From the NCBI RefSeq assembly GCF_004353825.1, contig NZ_SMNA01000018.1, positions 1 to 43,250 on the forward strand: a stretch of 43,250 bases of DNA. Reading direction: 5' to 3'. Shown here in pieces: positions 9,337 to 18,747 of this stretch. This DNA comes from Occultella glacieicola. GTDB taxonomy: Bacteria > Actinomycetota > Actinomycetes > Actinomycetales > Beutenbergiaceae. A model generated the notes under the pieces. That model was given only the letters and a program-made list of their open reading frames with translations. It did no database searches and had not been told where the DNA came from. Numbering within the stretch: position 1 is the first letter of the stretch; the number at the start of each line of letters is the position of its first letter. Both the position numbers and the translations under genes were made by a program.

Positions 9337-9409
9337 TGGGCCCCGTGGGGCTCGAACCCACAACCTACGGATTAAAAGTCCGCAGCTCTACCGATTGAGC
9401 TAGAGGCCC
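9337..9409 (-). tRNA. tRNA-Lys (anticodon UUU)
   Basis: GGGCCTCTAGCTCAATCGGTAGAGCTGCGGACTTTTAATCCGTAGGTTGTGGGTTCGAGCCCCACGGGGCCCA folds as a 73-nt cloverleaf. CCA is not encoded. TAGACT -10 at 9443-9448. Confidence 0.97.
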
Positions 9410-9483
9410 GCGAGCGGCACGTCGGCCCGTGCTCGCCGGGCGAGTCTACTCGGCGGTGCGGGTGGCCTGGTTGCCGCGCTCGT

Positions 9484-10014
9484 CTACCAGGGCTGCCGGT
9501 AGCCCGACGCCCGGAAGTTCTGCTCCCGGATGATGCCGGGCATCATGAAGGCGTCGATGATCCACCACACGAACCAGGCGAAGAGCGCGAACCAGCCGAT
9601 GACGATCCAGGCGGTGGCCACCCCGAGGACGTACAGCAGGACCTGGCCGACGCCGGGGCCGACGCGCCCCAGGTAGAAGTTGTGGACGCCGAGCCAGCCG
9701 AGGAAGAACCAGAGCAGGTACGCGGCGGTGGTGTCCTTCTGCGGTGGTGCGAGCGGACCGTATGCGCCGTACGCACCCGGCGGCGGCCCGTACGCCCGAG
9801 GCTGGCCGTACGCACTCTGCTGCCCGGACGTCCCCGCGACCTGGCCGTAGGGAGCGCCCGGCCCGGACCCGTTCTGCCCATAGGCATGTGGCACGACGTT
9901 CTGCCCGTACGCCTCGCCGCCCGGGACCGCGGGACCACCGCTGTTCCAGTGCTGCGGGTCGCTCGGCCCGTAGGGGTCCTGCGGCGGCTGGCCGTACTGG
10001 TTGTTGTAGGACAT
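9484..10014 (-). CDS. TM2 domain membrane protein with Pro/Gly/Gln/Tyr-rich N-terminus
   Basis: TM2 signature KDTTAAYLLWFFLGWLGVHNFYLGR. Confidence 0.88.
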   Translation of the reverse strand: MSYNNQYGQPPQDPYGPSDPQHWNSGGPAVPGGEAYGQNVVPHAYGQNGSGPGAPYGQVAGTSGQQSAYGQPRAYGPPPGAYGAYGPLAPPQKDTTAAYLLWFFLGWLGVHNFYLGRVGPGVGQVLLYVLGVATAWIVIGWFALFAWFVWWIIDAFMMPGIIREQNFRASGYRQPW

Positions 10015-10122
10015 GTCGATCCTCGTGCCGGTCCCGCCGGCCGATGCCGGGTGGTGTGGCCCCAACTCTAGGACCGACGCCGCCCGTCCGAGCCTGATTC
10101 CCTGGGCAGTCCTGCCCCGGTG

Positions 10123-10956
10123 TCAGGGCAGCCGGACGGCGGTGCCGGGCCGATCCCGCGGCAGCTCGCCGTCGACCGTGGCCATGACCCGCTGCGGCCC
10201 CATCCGCAGGCCACCGCCGTAGCTGGACAGGAACGCGGTGTCGGCAGCGTCGCGCCCGGTGGCGATGCGCACCAGGGACTCCCGCGGAGCCAGTCCGGTG
10301 GCGTCCACGACATGCCAGTGCCCGGCCACCCACGCCTCGGCGACCGCGTGGAAGTCCATCGGGCTCAGCCCCGGCGCGTACACGGCGGCCAGCCTCGCCG
10401 GGGTGTCCATCGCGCGCAGCAGCGCCACCACCAGGTGCGCGTAGTCGCGGCAGACGCCCTGGCCGAGCAGCATGGTGGAGACGGCGCCGTCGGTCACCCG
10501 GCTCGACCCGGGCACGTAGAACAGGCGCTCGCGCACCCAGGTGGCGACGGCGTCGAGCAGCCCGAGGCCGTCCAGCCCGCGGAACTCCCGCCGCGCCGTC
10601 GGCAGCAGTTCGTCCGACTCCGCGTAGCGGCTCGGGCGCAGGTAGGTCAGCAGGTCGGACGTGCTCGGCGCCGGTGCGAGCTCGAGGGCGGTGTTCGGGT
10701 CGCCGTCGATCGTGGCGCGGTACCGGATCCGCACCTGGCCACCTCGGGCTCTGCCGGCGTCGAACTCGACCAGGTGCATCAGCCCGTGGTGCGGGGCGCC
10801 GATCTCGACGGGCTCGACCGGGGTGCCGTCGGAGGTGATGGTCAGCTCGTCGGTGACCTCGAGGCCGGGTGGCCGGGCCACGGCGATCATCAGGGCCACC
10901 TGGGTCGCGCCCTCGCCGGTGCTGAAGTCGAGGTCGGCGCTCACGGACCGGCGCAT
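10123..10956 (-). CDS. Transglutaminase-like family protein
   Basis: YLRPSRYAESD, and a Cys-His-Asp triad in GVCRDYAH, DFHAVAE and VDAT. Confidence 0.9.
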   Translation of the reverse strand: MRRSVSADLDFSTGEGATQVALMIAVARPPGLEVTDELTITSDGTPVEPVEIGAPHHGLMHLVEFDAGRARGGQVRIRYRATIDGDPNTALELAPAPSTSDLLTYLRPSRYAESDELLPTARREFRGLDGLGLLDAVATWVRERLFYVPGSSRVTDGAVSTMLLGQGVCRDYAHLVVALLRAMDTPARLAAVYAPGLSPMDFHAVAEAWVAGHWHVVDATGLAPRESLVRIATGRDAADTAFLSSYGGGLRMGPQRVMATVDGELPRDRPGTAVRLP

Positions 10957-10995
10957 GCGGCACCTCCCACGGTCGACGAGGCGGACCCGGCGATG

Positions 10996-12336
10996 CTATC
11001 TCCCGGCCGGCCCGAGCACCGTGTCGGTGTAGTCGTTGGCGAACAGCCCGCCCGGGTCGACGGCGTCCCGCACGTCGAGGAAATCGGCGAACCTCGGGTA
11101 GAGCGGGGCGAGATCCACCGCCCTGCGGCGGTGGATCTTGCCCCAGTGCGGCCGCCCGCCATGGGCCACCATGATGTCCTCGACGGCGCGGAAGTACCGC
11201 TCGTGGGCCAGCGCCACGAACTGGTGGACTGCGATGTACCCGCTCGCCCGCCGGTAGGCCGTGGAGAGCCACACGTCGTCCGCCGCGGCGAACCGGACCT
11301 CCACGGGGAACGGCACGTTCTCGCCGGTCCGGCGCACCCAGGCGTCCACCTCCCGCAGTGCCGGCCCCACGGCGTCGGCGGGCAGGGCGTACTCCATCTC
11401 CTTGAACACCACCCGGCGCGGCGACGTGAACACCGCCGCCGACGGCGCCGTGTAGGTGCGGGCAGTCAGCAGCCGGGAGGCCACCCGGTTCACCGTGGGC
11501 GTGAGTGCCGGCAACCTCGCGGTGAGTGCGTTCGTGGCGCGGAACGCGCCGTTGGAGAGCACCTCGTCCTCGAGGATCCGTCGCCACGTGGGCAGCGGCG
11601 CCCCGCCGTCGCCCGGCGTGACGCGGTTGTTCGCCTTCGTCAACGCGACATCGGTGTACGGGAACCAGTAGAACTCGAAGTGCTCGTTCGTGACCACCGG
11701 GCCGTCCGGCTCCGGCAGTGCCTCCAGGATCTCCCCGAGCGGCATCGGCGTCTCCACCGCGCGCAGCCCGAACGCCGGCACGCACCGCATCGTGATCGCG
11801 GTGAGCAGCCCGACGGTGCCGAGCCCGAGCCGGGCCGCCTCGAACAGCGCCGGACGCTCGGTCGCACTGGCGGTGACCACCTGGCCGTCGGCGGTGATCA
11901 GCCGCACGGCGCGGACCTGGGCGGCGAACCCGGTGAACGCGGCCCCGGTGCCGTGGGTGCCGGTCGAGATCGCCCCGGCCAGGGTCTGGGCGTCGATGTC
12001 GCCCATGTTCTCCAGTGCCAGCCCCCGCCGGGCCAGGTCCTCGCAGAGCGCGGACAGGCGGATTCCGGCTCCGACGCGGACCTCGGTGGACCCGTCCGGC
12101 TGTGCGGGTCCCACCCACTCCACCGCGGCGAGGTGGTCCACGCTGACCATGGTGCCATCGGTGACCACGGCCGGAGTGAACGAGTGGCCGGCACCGACCG
12201 CGCGGACCCGGCCGCCGGCAGCGGCCGCGGCTCGGACCAGGGCAGCGGCCTCGTCCTCGGTCGCTGGGCGCGCGAACCGGGCCGGCTCGGCCAGGGCGGT
12301 CCCGGCCCAGTTGCGCCAGGTTGTGGGTGCGGTCAC
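10996..12336 (-). CDS. FAD-linked oxidoreductase, D-arabinono-1,4-lactone oxidase family
   Basis: Motifs WRNWAG, GAGHSF, GAISTGTHGTG, FPVEVRF and GGRPHWGK. GTG start at 12336. Confidence 0.9.
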   Translation of the reverse strand: MTAPTTWRNWAGTALAEPARFARPATEDEAAALVRAAAAAGGRVRAVGAGHSFTPAVVTDGTMVSVDHLAAVEWVGPAQPDGSTEVRVGAGIRLSALCEDLARRGLALENMGDIDAQTLAGAISTGTHGTGAAFTGFAAQVRAVRLITADGQVVTASATERPALFEAARLGLGTVGLLTAITMRCVPAFGLRAVETPMPLGEILEALPEPDGPVVTNEHFEFYWFPYTDVALTKANNRVTPGDGGAPLPTWRRILEDEVLSNGAFRATNALTARLPALTPTVNRVASRLLTARTYTAPSAAVFTSPRRVVFKEMEYALPADAVGPALREVDAWVRRTGENVPFPVEVRFAAADDVWLSTAYRRASGYIAVHQFVALAHERYFRAVEDIMVAHGGRPHWGKIHRRRAVDLAPLYPRFADFLDVRDAVDPGGLFANDYTDTVLGPAGR

Positions 12337-12382
12337 CGGGACATCATCGCGCGCACTTGCGTGCAGACGTGACAATGGGGGC

Positions 12383-13588
12383 ATGAGTCGATCCGGGGCC
12401 GTCGGCCGGCCCGCGCCCTGGCGTGACGCGACCCGAACCCTGAGAGCACCGCTCGCGGTGGTGGACCTGGACACCTTCGACATCAATGCCCGGGACCTGA
12501 TCGCCCGCGCCGGCGGCACCCCGGTGCGGCTGGCGACGAAGTCCGTGCGGGTGCGCCACCTCGTGCACCGGGCCCTGGACGTGCACGGCTTCGACGGCGT
12601 GATGGCGTACTCGCTCGCCGAGGCGCTCTGGCTCGCCGAGGACGGCCTCACCGACGTCCTGGTCGGCTACCCGAGCGTGGACACCGCGGCCCTGGTGGCG
12701 CTCGCGTCGAACCCGGCGGCCCGGGAGGCGATCACGCTGATGGTCGACGACGTCGCCCAGGTCGCGCTGATCGAGCGGGCCCTGATCCGGGCCGGCTCCC
12801 CGGGTGGGCCGGCCGTGCGGGTGTGCATCGACGTGGACGCCTCGCTGCGGATCCCGCCGTTGGGGGTGCACCTGGGCGTGCGCCGCTCACCGCTGCGGAC
12901 CCCGGCCCAGGCGGTCGAGTTCGCGCGGGCGGTGGAGCGCACCGGGCGGGTCCGGGTGTGCGGGGTGATGTTCTACGACGCGCAGGTGGCCGGCCTCGGG
13001 GAGACCGGCCTGCGCGGTGTGGGGGTCCGGCTGGTCAAGCGGGCCTCGCTGCGCGAGCTCGCCGGCCGGCGGCCCGCCGTGGTGACCGCGCTGGAGGAGC
13101 ACCTGGGCCGGGAACTGTTCGTCAACGCCGGCGGCAGCGGTTCGGTCCACCAGGTCAGTGCCGACCCGACCGTGACCGAGGTGACCGCCGGTTCCGGCCT
13201 GTTCTGCCCGACCCTCTTCGACGGCTACTCTGGCTTCACCGCCCGCCCGGCCGCGTTCTTCGGTCTGGACGTGGCCCGGCGCCCGGCGCCCCGGATCGCG
13301 ACCGCGTTCGGCGGCGGGTACGTGGCCTCCGGCCCGCCCGGAGCGGACCGGCTGCCCCGGCCCGTCGACGGCTCCGCGCTGCTGGGCGCCGAGGGTGCCG
13401 GTGAGGTGCAGACCCCGCTGCGGTACCGGCGCGGGCACCGGGTCCCGGCCGTCGGCACCCGGGTCTGGTTCCGGCACGCGAAGGCCGGGGAGCTGATGGA
13501 GCGGTTCGACGCCGTGCACCTGGTGCGGGGCGAACGTGTGCGGGAGACGGTGCCCACGTATCGTGGTGAGGGCCGCAATTTCGGGTGA
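12383..13588 (+). CDS. PLP-dependent alanine-racemase-fold enzyme (DSD1-like amino acid deaminase/aldolase)
   Basis: RLATKSVR (PLP lysine), HLGVRRSPLR, EVTAGSG, EGAGEVQTP and FRHAKAGE. Confidence 0.85.
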   Translation: MSRSGAVGRPAPWRDATRTLRAPLAVVDLDTFDINARDLIARAGGTPVRLATKSVRVRHLVHRALDVHGFDGVMAYSLAEALWLAEDGLTDVLVGYPSVDTAALVALASNPAAREAITLMVDDVAQVALIERALIRAGSPGGPAVRVCIDVDASLRIPPLGVHLGVRRSPLRTPAQAVEFARAVERTGRVRVCGVMFYDAQVAGLGETGLRGVGVRLVKRASLRELAGRRPAVVTALEEHLGRELFVNAGGSGSVHQVSADPTVTEVTAGSGLFCPTLFDGYSGFTARPAAFFGLDVARRPAPRIATAFGGGYVASGPPGADRLPRPVDGSALLGAEGAGEVQTPLRYRRGHRVPAVGTRVWFRHAKAGELMERFDAVHLVRGERVRETVPTYRGEGRNFG

Positions 13589-13607
13589 ACCTCGCACGGG
13601 CCGGCCC

Positions 13608-13634
13608 GGAATGCGCGCGCGGGACCCGGCGTTG
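13608..13634 (+). promoter_or_regulatory. SigR/SigH-type ECF promoter
   Basis: GGAAT(13608-13612)-N18-GTTG(13631-13634), an exact match to the GGAAT-N18-GTT consensus. Confidence 0.7.
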
Positions 13635-13675
13635 TCGAGGCCGGCCCCCGATCGTCGTCCACAGAGGAGCACTGT

Positions 13676-14308
13676 TTGAGCACGCACCGTTTCCGCCGCC
13701 CCGCGATGTTGAGCCCGCAGGAGGCAGAGCAGATCGTCGGGGATGTCGATCCGGCGGTCCGGTCCGAACTCGCCCACACGACGGCGGGGGCACTCGTGCT
13801 CGGTGGCCGCCGCGGAGCCGAGGACCCCGACCTGGTGCAGCGACTGATCACCCTGGTGGACACCGAGGGCCTGGACACGGTCGCCTCGATGTGGTCGCAG
13901 AGCCCGGCCGACACCCTGCCGGGCGCGCTCTGGCGCCTCTACCTGCTGCGCGAGTGGACCCGGCGGGACCCGCACACCATCGCCGAGCGCTACCACCTCG
14001 GCCTGCACCGGGCCGAGGTGGCCGGCGTGGTCGCGGGGGTGGCCACGCCGCCCGGTCCGGACCAGATCCGCGAGCTCGCCGACGCGGTGCTCTCCGGGGT
14101 GTTCCGCGGGGATCTGGACATCACCCTCGACCGCGCGGCCGCGTTCCTGCGGGTGCTCGCGACCGGGTCGGCCATGGACGCGGACTGGGTCGAGCTCAGC
14201 GACCGCGACCGGGCCACCCGGCTCACCCGCAACGCCGGATCGCTCCTGGACACCGCCGCCGAGCTGGAGAGCGCCGCCGCCCTGTGGCGGGCCGGGCGGC
14301 TGGACTGA
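13676..14308 (+). CDS. Conserved actinobacterial hypothetical protein
   Basis: GAGGAG RBS before TTG, strong GC3 bias, family-like motifs W..SPA.TLPGALWRLY and ADAVLSGVFRGDL..LDRAAAF. Confidence 0.8.
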   Translation: MSTHRFRRPAMLSPQEAEQIVGDVDPAVRSELAHTTAGALVLGGRRGAEDPDLVQRLITLVDTEGLDTVASMWSQSPADTLPGALWRLYLLREWTRRDPHTIAERYHLGLHRAEVAGVVAGVATPPGPDQIRELADAVLSGVFRGDLDITLDRAAAFLRVLATGSAMDADWVELSDRDRATRLTRNAGSLLDTAAELESAAALWRAGRLD

Positions 14309-14315
14309 TGGGCTG

Positions 14316-15323
14316 ATGGACATCGAGCGGATGCCGTCGCTGACCGGTGCCGACGTCGCTGCCGTGCGCGACCTGGCCGACCGGGTCGCGGCCGCGGACG
14401 GCGAGGCCGCGTTCGACGAGCAGACGCTGCTGAACCTGGTCGGGGAGCGGCCGGTGGCGCACCTGGTCGTCCGGGACGCCGGGCCGGGGCACGACGGCGG
14501 TGGGTCGGCCGCGCCGACCGCCGCGCCGGTCGCGGGGCCCGACGGCGGGGGGTCGGCTCCGGCCGACGGGTCGCCGCTCGCGGTGGTCGGCTACGCCCAG
14601 ATCGCCGACTCCTCGGCCGAGCTCGCCGTGGACCCGGCGGCCCGCCGCCGGGGGATCGGAGGCGCCCTGCTGGACGCGGTCCTGGCCGACGCTCCGGACG
14701 CACACGTCTGGGCGCACGGCGACCTGCCCCCCGCGCGGGCGCTCGCGGCCCTCCGGGGGCTGCGGGTCGTGCGTGACCTGTGGGTCATGACCGCCCCCGC
14801 GCCGGCGCAGGAACGGACCGACCCGACAGGACCGGCCGGGCCGGTCGACGGCGTGCGTGTGCGCACCTTCGAACCCGGCCGCGACGAGGAGGCCTGGCTG
14901 AGCGTGAATGCCCGTGCGTTCGCCGACCACCCCGAGCAGGGCCGGACGACGCGAGCGGACCTGGACGCGCGGATGGCCCAGCCGTGGTTCGACCCGTCCG
15001 TGTTCTGGCTCGCCGAGGACGTGAACACCGGCCGAGTTCTCGGCTCGATGTGGGTGAAGATCTCCGAGGCCGTCGGCGAGATCTACGTGCTCGGCGTGGA
15101 CCCGGCGGCGCAGGGCCGTGGGATCGGCGGGCTGCTCACCGCCCATGCCATGGCGGCGTTCGCAGCCCGGGACCTGAGCGCTCTCGAGCTGTACGTGGAG
15201 GGCGAGAACGCCCCCGCGATCGCCGTGTACGAGCGGGCCGGATTCCGCCGCGCCCGGGCGCATGTCCAGTACGCGGGTTCCGGTTCACACCGACCGCCGG
15301 TAGGTGTCACGATGGGCTCATGA
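14316..15323 (+). CDS. mshD: Mycothiol synthase (tandem GNAT)
   Basis: [50 protein letters not shown] and LYVEGEN. Confidence 0.93.
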   Translation: MDIERMPSLTGADVAAVRDLADRVAAADGEAAFDEQTLLNLVGERPVAHLVVRDAGPGHDGGGSAAPTAAPVAGPDGGGSAPADGSPLAVVGYAQIADSSAELAVDPAARRRGIGGALLDAVLADAPDAHVWAHGDLPPARALAALRGLRVVRDLWVMTAPAPAQERTDPTGPAGPVDGVRVRTFEPGRDEEAWLSVNARAFADHPEQGRTTRADLDARMAQPWFDPSVFWLAEDVNTGRVLGSMWVKISEAVGEIYVLGVDPAAQGRGIGGLLTAHAMAAFAARDLSALELYVEGENAPAIAVYERAGFRRARAHVQYAGSGSHRPPVGVTMGS

Positions 15324-17527
15324 GCGAGCAGGTGGACAGTCTGGAAGGCGTCAACTCGATCACCCTCGACGTGGACGCGTTCAACGAGGCCGAGCCCCAC
15401 GAACTGCCCGAGGACCGGTTCGCCGATCGGGAGCTGAGTTGGCTGGCGTTCAACGAGCGGGTTCTCGAGCTCGCCGAGGACGAGGGGATGTACCTGCTCG
15501 AACGGGTCCAGTTCCTGTCCATCTTCGCCTCCAACCTCGACGAGTTCTTCATGGTCCGGGTGGCCGGCCTGAAGCGTCGTATCGCCACCGGCATGGCCGT
15601 GCCGGGCGCGTCCGGGCTGCTGCCGCGGCAGGTGCTGGACGCCATCTCCGTCAAGGCCCACGAACTCACCACCCGGCACGCCGCGGTCTTCACCGACCTG
15701 GTGCAGCCGGCGCTCGCGGACGAGGGCATCACCCTGGTCCACTTCGACCAGCTCCACGAGACGGAGAAGGAACGGCTGCACAAGTACTTCCGGAAGATGA
15801 TCTTCCCGGTGCTCACGCCGCTCGCCGTGGACCCGGCGCACCCGTTCCCGTACATCTCCGGGCTCTCCCTGAACCTGGCCGTGATCGTGCGCAACCCGAG
15901 CACCGGCAAGGAGCACTTCGCCCGGGTGAAGGTGCCGCCGCTCCTGCCCCGGTTCATCGCCGTGGACACGACTGGCCGGCCCGTGCGTCCGGAGGACGCC
16001 GCCGACAGTTCCGAGATCGCGTCCTTCGTGCCGATCGAGGACGTCATCGCCTCGTTCCTGTACTACCTGTTCCCGGGCATGGAGGTGGTGGAGCACCACA
16101 TCTTCCGGGTCACCCGCAACGAGGACCTCGAGGTGGAGGAGGACGACGCCGAGAACCTCCTGAAGGCTCTCGAGAAGGAGCTCCTGCGGCGCCGGTTCGG
16201 CCCCCCGGTGCGGCTCGAGCTCGCCTCCGGGTTCACGGACCGGCTCCGCGAGATGCTGATCCGCGAGCTCGACATCGGCGAGGCCGACGTCTACGAACTT
16301 CCGTCGCCGCTGGACCTGACCGGCCTCGGCGTGCTCACCGACCTCGACCGGCCCGAGCTGAAGTACCCCCGGTTCGTGGCGGCCACCGCGCGCGGTCTGG
16401 CCGAGGTGGAGAGCGCCAACCCGACCGACTTCTTCGCGGCGATCCGCAACCACGACATCCTCCTGCACCATCCCTACGACTCGTTCTCCACGAGCGTCCA
16501 GCAGTTCCTCGCCCAGGCGGCCGCGGACCCCAACGTGCTCGCCATCAAGCAGACCCTGTACCGCACCTCGGGTGACTCCCCGATTATCGACGCCCTGATC
16601 GACGCCGCCGAGGCCGGCAAGCAGGTGCTCGCGATCGTGGAGATCAAGGCCCGCTTCGACGAACAGGCGAACATCACCTGGGCCCGCAAGCTGGAGCAGG
16701 CCGGGGTGCACGTGGTCTACGGCATCGTTGGCCTGAAGACGCACTGCAAGCTGTCCCTGGTGGTCCGCCAGGAGGCGGACGGGCTGCGCCGGTACTGCCA
16801 CGTCGGCACCGGGAACTACAACCCGAAGACGGCCCGGCTGTACGAGGACCACGGCCTCCTGACCTGCAACTCCGAGGTGGGCCAGGACCTCACCCGGCTG
16901 TTCAACCAGCTCTCCGGGTACGCCCCGAAGTCCCGCTTCCACCGGCTCCTGGTGGCGCCCCGGTCGATCAGGGCCGGGCTCGTGGAACGGATCGAGCGGG
17001 AGATCGAGAACAAGCGGGCCGGGCGTGAGGCCTGGGTGAAGTTCAAGATGAACTCAGTCGTCGACGAGGAGACCATCGACGCCCTCTACCGGGCGTCCCA
17101 GGCCGGCGTGCAGGTGGACGTCATCGTCCGCGGCATCTGTGCCATCAAGCCCGGGATCCCGGGCCTCAGCGAGAACATCCGGGTGCGGTCGATCCTGGGC
17201 CGGTTCCTGGAGCACTCCCGGATCTACGCGTTCGCCCGCGACGGCGACCCCGAGGTCTACATCGGCAGCGCCGACCTCATGCACCGCAACCTGGACCGGC
17301 GCGTCGAGGTGCTGATCCGGGTGATCGACCCCGACCACGTCGCCGAGCTCGTGGGCCTCATCGACACCTCCGCGGCGGACAGCACCGCGACCTGGCACCT
17401 GGCCCCGGACGGCGAGGGCCGGCACGTGTGGACCCGGCACCACCTCGATGCCGACGGGAACCGGAAGCTCGACCTGCAGGAGTCCCTCATGTCGGCGCAC
17501 CGACGCCGCGCGAGCGTGGATCGCTGA
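15320..17527 (+). CDS. ppk1: Polyphosphate kinase 1
   Basis: [50 protein letters not shown] and FLEHSR. ATGA overlap with mshD. Confidence 0.97.
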   Translation: MSEQVDSLEGVNSITLDVDAFNEAEPHELPEDRFADRELSWLAFNERVLELAEDEGMYLLERVQFLSIFASNLDEFFMVRVAGLKRRIATGMAVPGASGLLPRQVLDAISVKAHELTTRHAAVFTDLVQPALADEGITLVHFDQLHETEKERLHKYFRKMIFPVLTPLAVDPAHPFPYISGLSLNLAVIVRNPSTGKEHFARVKVPPLLPRFIAVDTTGRPVRPEDAADSSEIASFVPIEDVIASFLYYLFPGMEVVEHHIFRVTRNEDLEVEEDDAENLLKALEKELLRRRFGPPVRLELASGFTDRLREMLIRELDIGEADVYELPSPLDLTGLGVLTDLDRPELKYPRFVAATARGLAEVESANPTDFFAAIRNHDILLHHPYDSFSTSVQQFLAQAAADPNVLAIKQTLYRTSGDSPIIDALIDAAEAGKQVLAIVEIKARFDEQANITWARKLEQAGVHVVYGIVGLKTHCKLSLVVRQEADGLRRYCHVGTGNYNPKTARLYEDHGLLTCNSEVGQDLTRLFNQLSGYAPKSRFHRLLVAPRSIRAGLVERIEREIENKRAGREAWVKFKMNSVVDEETIDALYRASQAGVQVDVIVRGICAIKPGIPGLSENIRVRSILGRFLEHSRIYAFARDGDPEVYIGSADLMHRNLDRRVEVLIRVIDPDHVAELVGLIDTSAADSTATWHLAPDGEGRHVWTRHHLDADGNRKLDLQESLMSAHRRRASVDR

Positions 17528-17530
17528 CGC

Positions 17531-18520
17531 GTGGGGGGCTCGACTGGGCCGAAGCTGCCGGTGGTGCAGGCAGCCGGTGCCCTGGTCTGGCGGACGGCCG
17601 GGCGACGGCTCGAGGTGCTGCTGATCCACCGGCCCCGTTATGACGACTGGTCGTGGCCCAAGGGCAAGCTCGACGGCGATGGCGAGTCCCTGCCGATGTG
17701 CGCCGTGCGGGAGGTCAAGGAGGAGACCGGCATCTCGGTGGTGCTCGGCGTTCCGCTGCCGTCGGTGAGGTACCGGCTCACCGACGGACGCGTGAAGGTC
17801 TGCACCTACTGGGCTGCGACGCCGGCACCGCAGGAGTGTCCCGCGATCGCCCCGAGGGGCAGGATCAAGGACGCCTCCAAGCACGAGGTCGACGAGTCCC
17901 GCTGGGTGGAGGCCCGGGCGGCGCGCAAGCTCCTGACCCGCTCCGACGACGTCGAGCCGCTCGAGGCCCTGCTCGACCTGTGGGACGACGGACTGCTGGA
18001 CACCTGGACGGTGATCGTGGCCCGGCACGGGCGGGCTCGGAGCCGCTCGTCGTGGAAGGGCGGCGAGCCGACGCGTCCGCTCACCCCGGTCGGCGCGAAG
18101 CAGGCAGGCGCGATGGTGCCGATCCTTGCCGCGTACGGCGTGGAGGAGGTCCTCTCCTCGCCCTGGGAGAGGTGCGTGGCCACCATGGGGCCCTACCTGG
18201 ACGCGAGTGGCCTTGACCTGATCACGGCGCCGCAGCTGACCGAGACCGCGGCGACGAAGAACAAGCCGGCCGTGCGGTCGTTCGTTGGTGACCTCCTCGG
18301 CGCGCGACGCCGCCCGACCGTGGTGTGCACCCATCGTCCGGTCCTGCCGGTCGTCCTCACCGCGATCTCGGCGCGGAGCCCGTACCGGCTCTCCAAGGCA
18401 CTGCCGGACCGGGACCCGTACCTGCGCACCGCGGAACTTCTGGTGATCCACATGGCCCGGCGGGCCACGGGCAAGGCCCGGCTCGTCGCCCTCGAGCGGC
18501 AGCGTGGCCCCGAGGCCTAG
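17531..18520 (+). CDS. NUDIX hydrolase fused to a histidine phosphatase domain (MutT1-like)
   Basis: HRPRYDDWSWPKGK, Nudix box REVKEETG, and C-terminal RHG...RPL...SSP..RC. Confidence 0.9.
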   Translation: MGGSTGPKLPVVQAAGALVWRTAGRRLEVLLIHRPRYDDWSWPKGKLDGDGESLPMCAVREVKEETGISVVLGVPLPSVRYRLTDGRVKVCTYWAATPAPQECPAIAPRGRIKDASKHEVDESRWVEARAARKLLTRSDDVEPLEALLDLWDDGLLDTWTVIVARHGRARSRSSWKGGEPTRPLTPVGAKQAGAMVPILAAYGVEEVLSSPWERCVATMGPYLDASGLDLITAPQLTETAATKNKPAVRSFVGDLLGARRRPTVVCTHRPVLPVVLTAISARSPYRLSKALPDRDPYLRTAELLVIHMARRATGKARLVALERQRGPEA

Positions 18521-18616
18521 GAGGTGCTTCACGGTTCAACCAGTTTCCAAGCAGGGCCCAAGGGCGGGTCGAGCACGGCGTCGTCGTGGCGAACGTCACG
18601 TCCATCGTTGTGGCTC

Positions 18617-18638
18617 GTTCACCTGCTGTTCACCTGAA
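18617..18638 (+). promoter_or_regulatory. PHO box (two 11-nt direct repeats) upstream of pstS
   Basis: GTTCACCTGCT-GTTCACCTGAA matches the actinobacterial PhoP/RegX3-type GTTCACC direct repeat. Confidence 0.8.
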
Positions 18639-18747
18639 TCGGGACGGGCATACACCCACGCTCCCTACCGTCAGGCGTGGCTGCGGCACGCTGGGGAATC
18701 GACCGGGCGCGCAGTTCCGACCTAGCCAACAGAAACGGGATTCGAAC

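Noticed and set aside
7564..9409. Possible tRNA-Lys-anchored genomic island
   Set aside because: I saw no integrase and no duplicated tRNA 3' end. The atypical segment is separated from the tRNA by a native-looking gene.
9446..12372. 890-aa and 750-aa Arg/Pro/Gly-rich ORFs
   Set aside because: Off-frame read-through of the TM2, transglutaminase and oxidase genes. Stop codons are scarce at this GC content.
18325..18747. 141-aa N-terminal extension of PstS in the ORF track
   Set aside because: The signal peptide and lipobox begin at GTG 18748. The extension overlaps the NUDIX gene and the PHO-box promoter.
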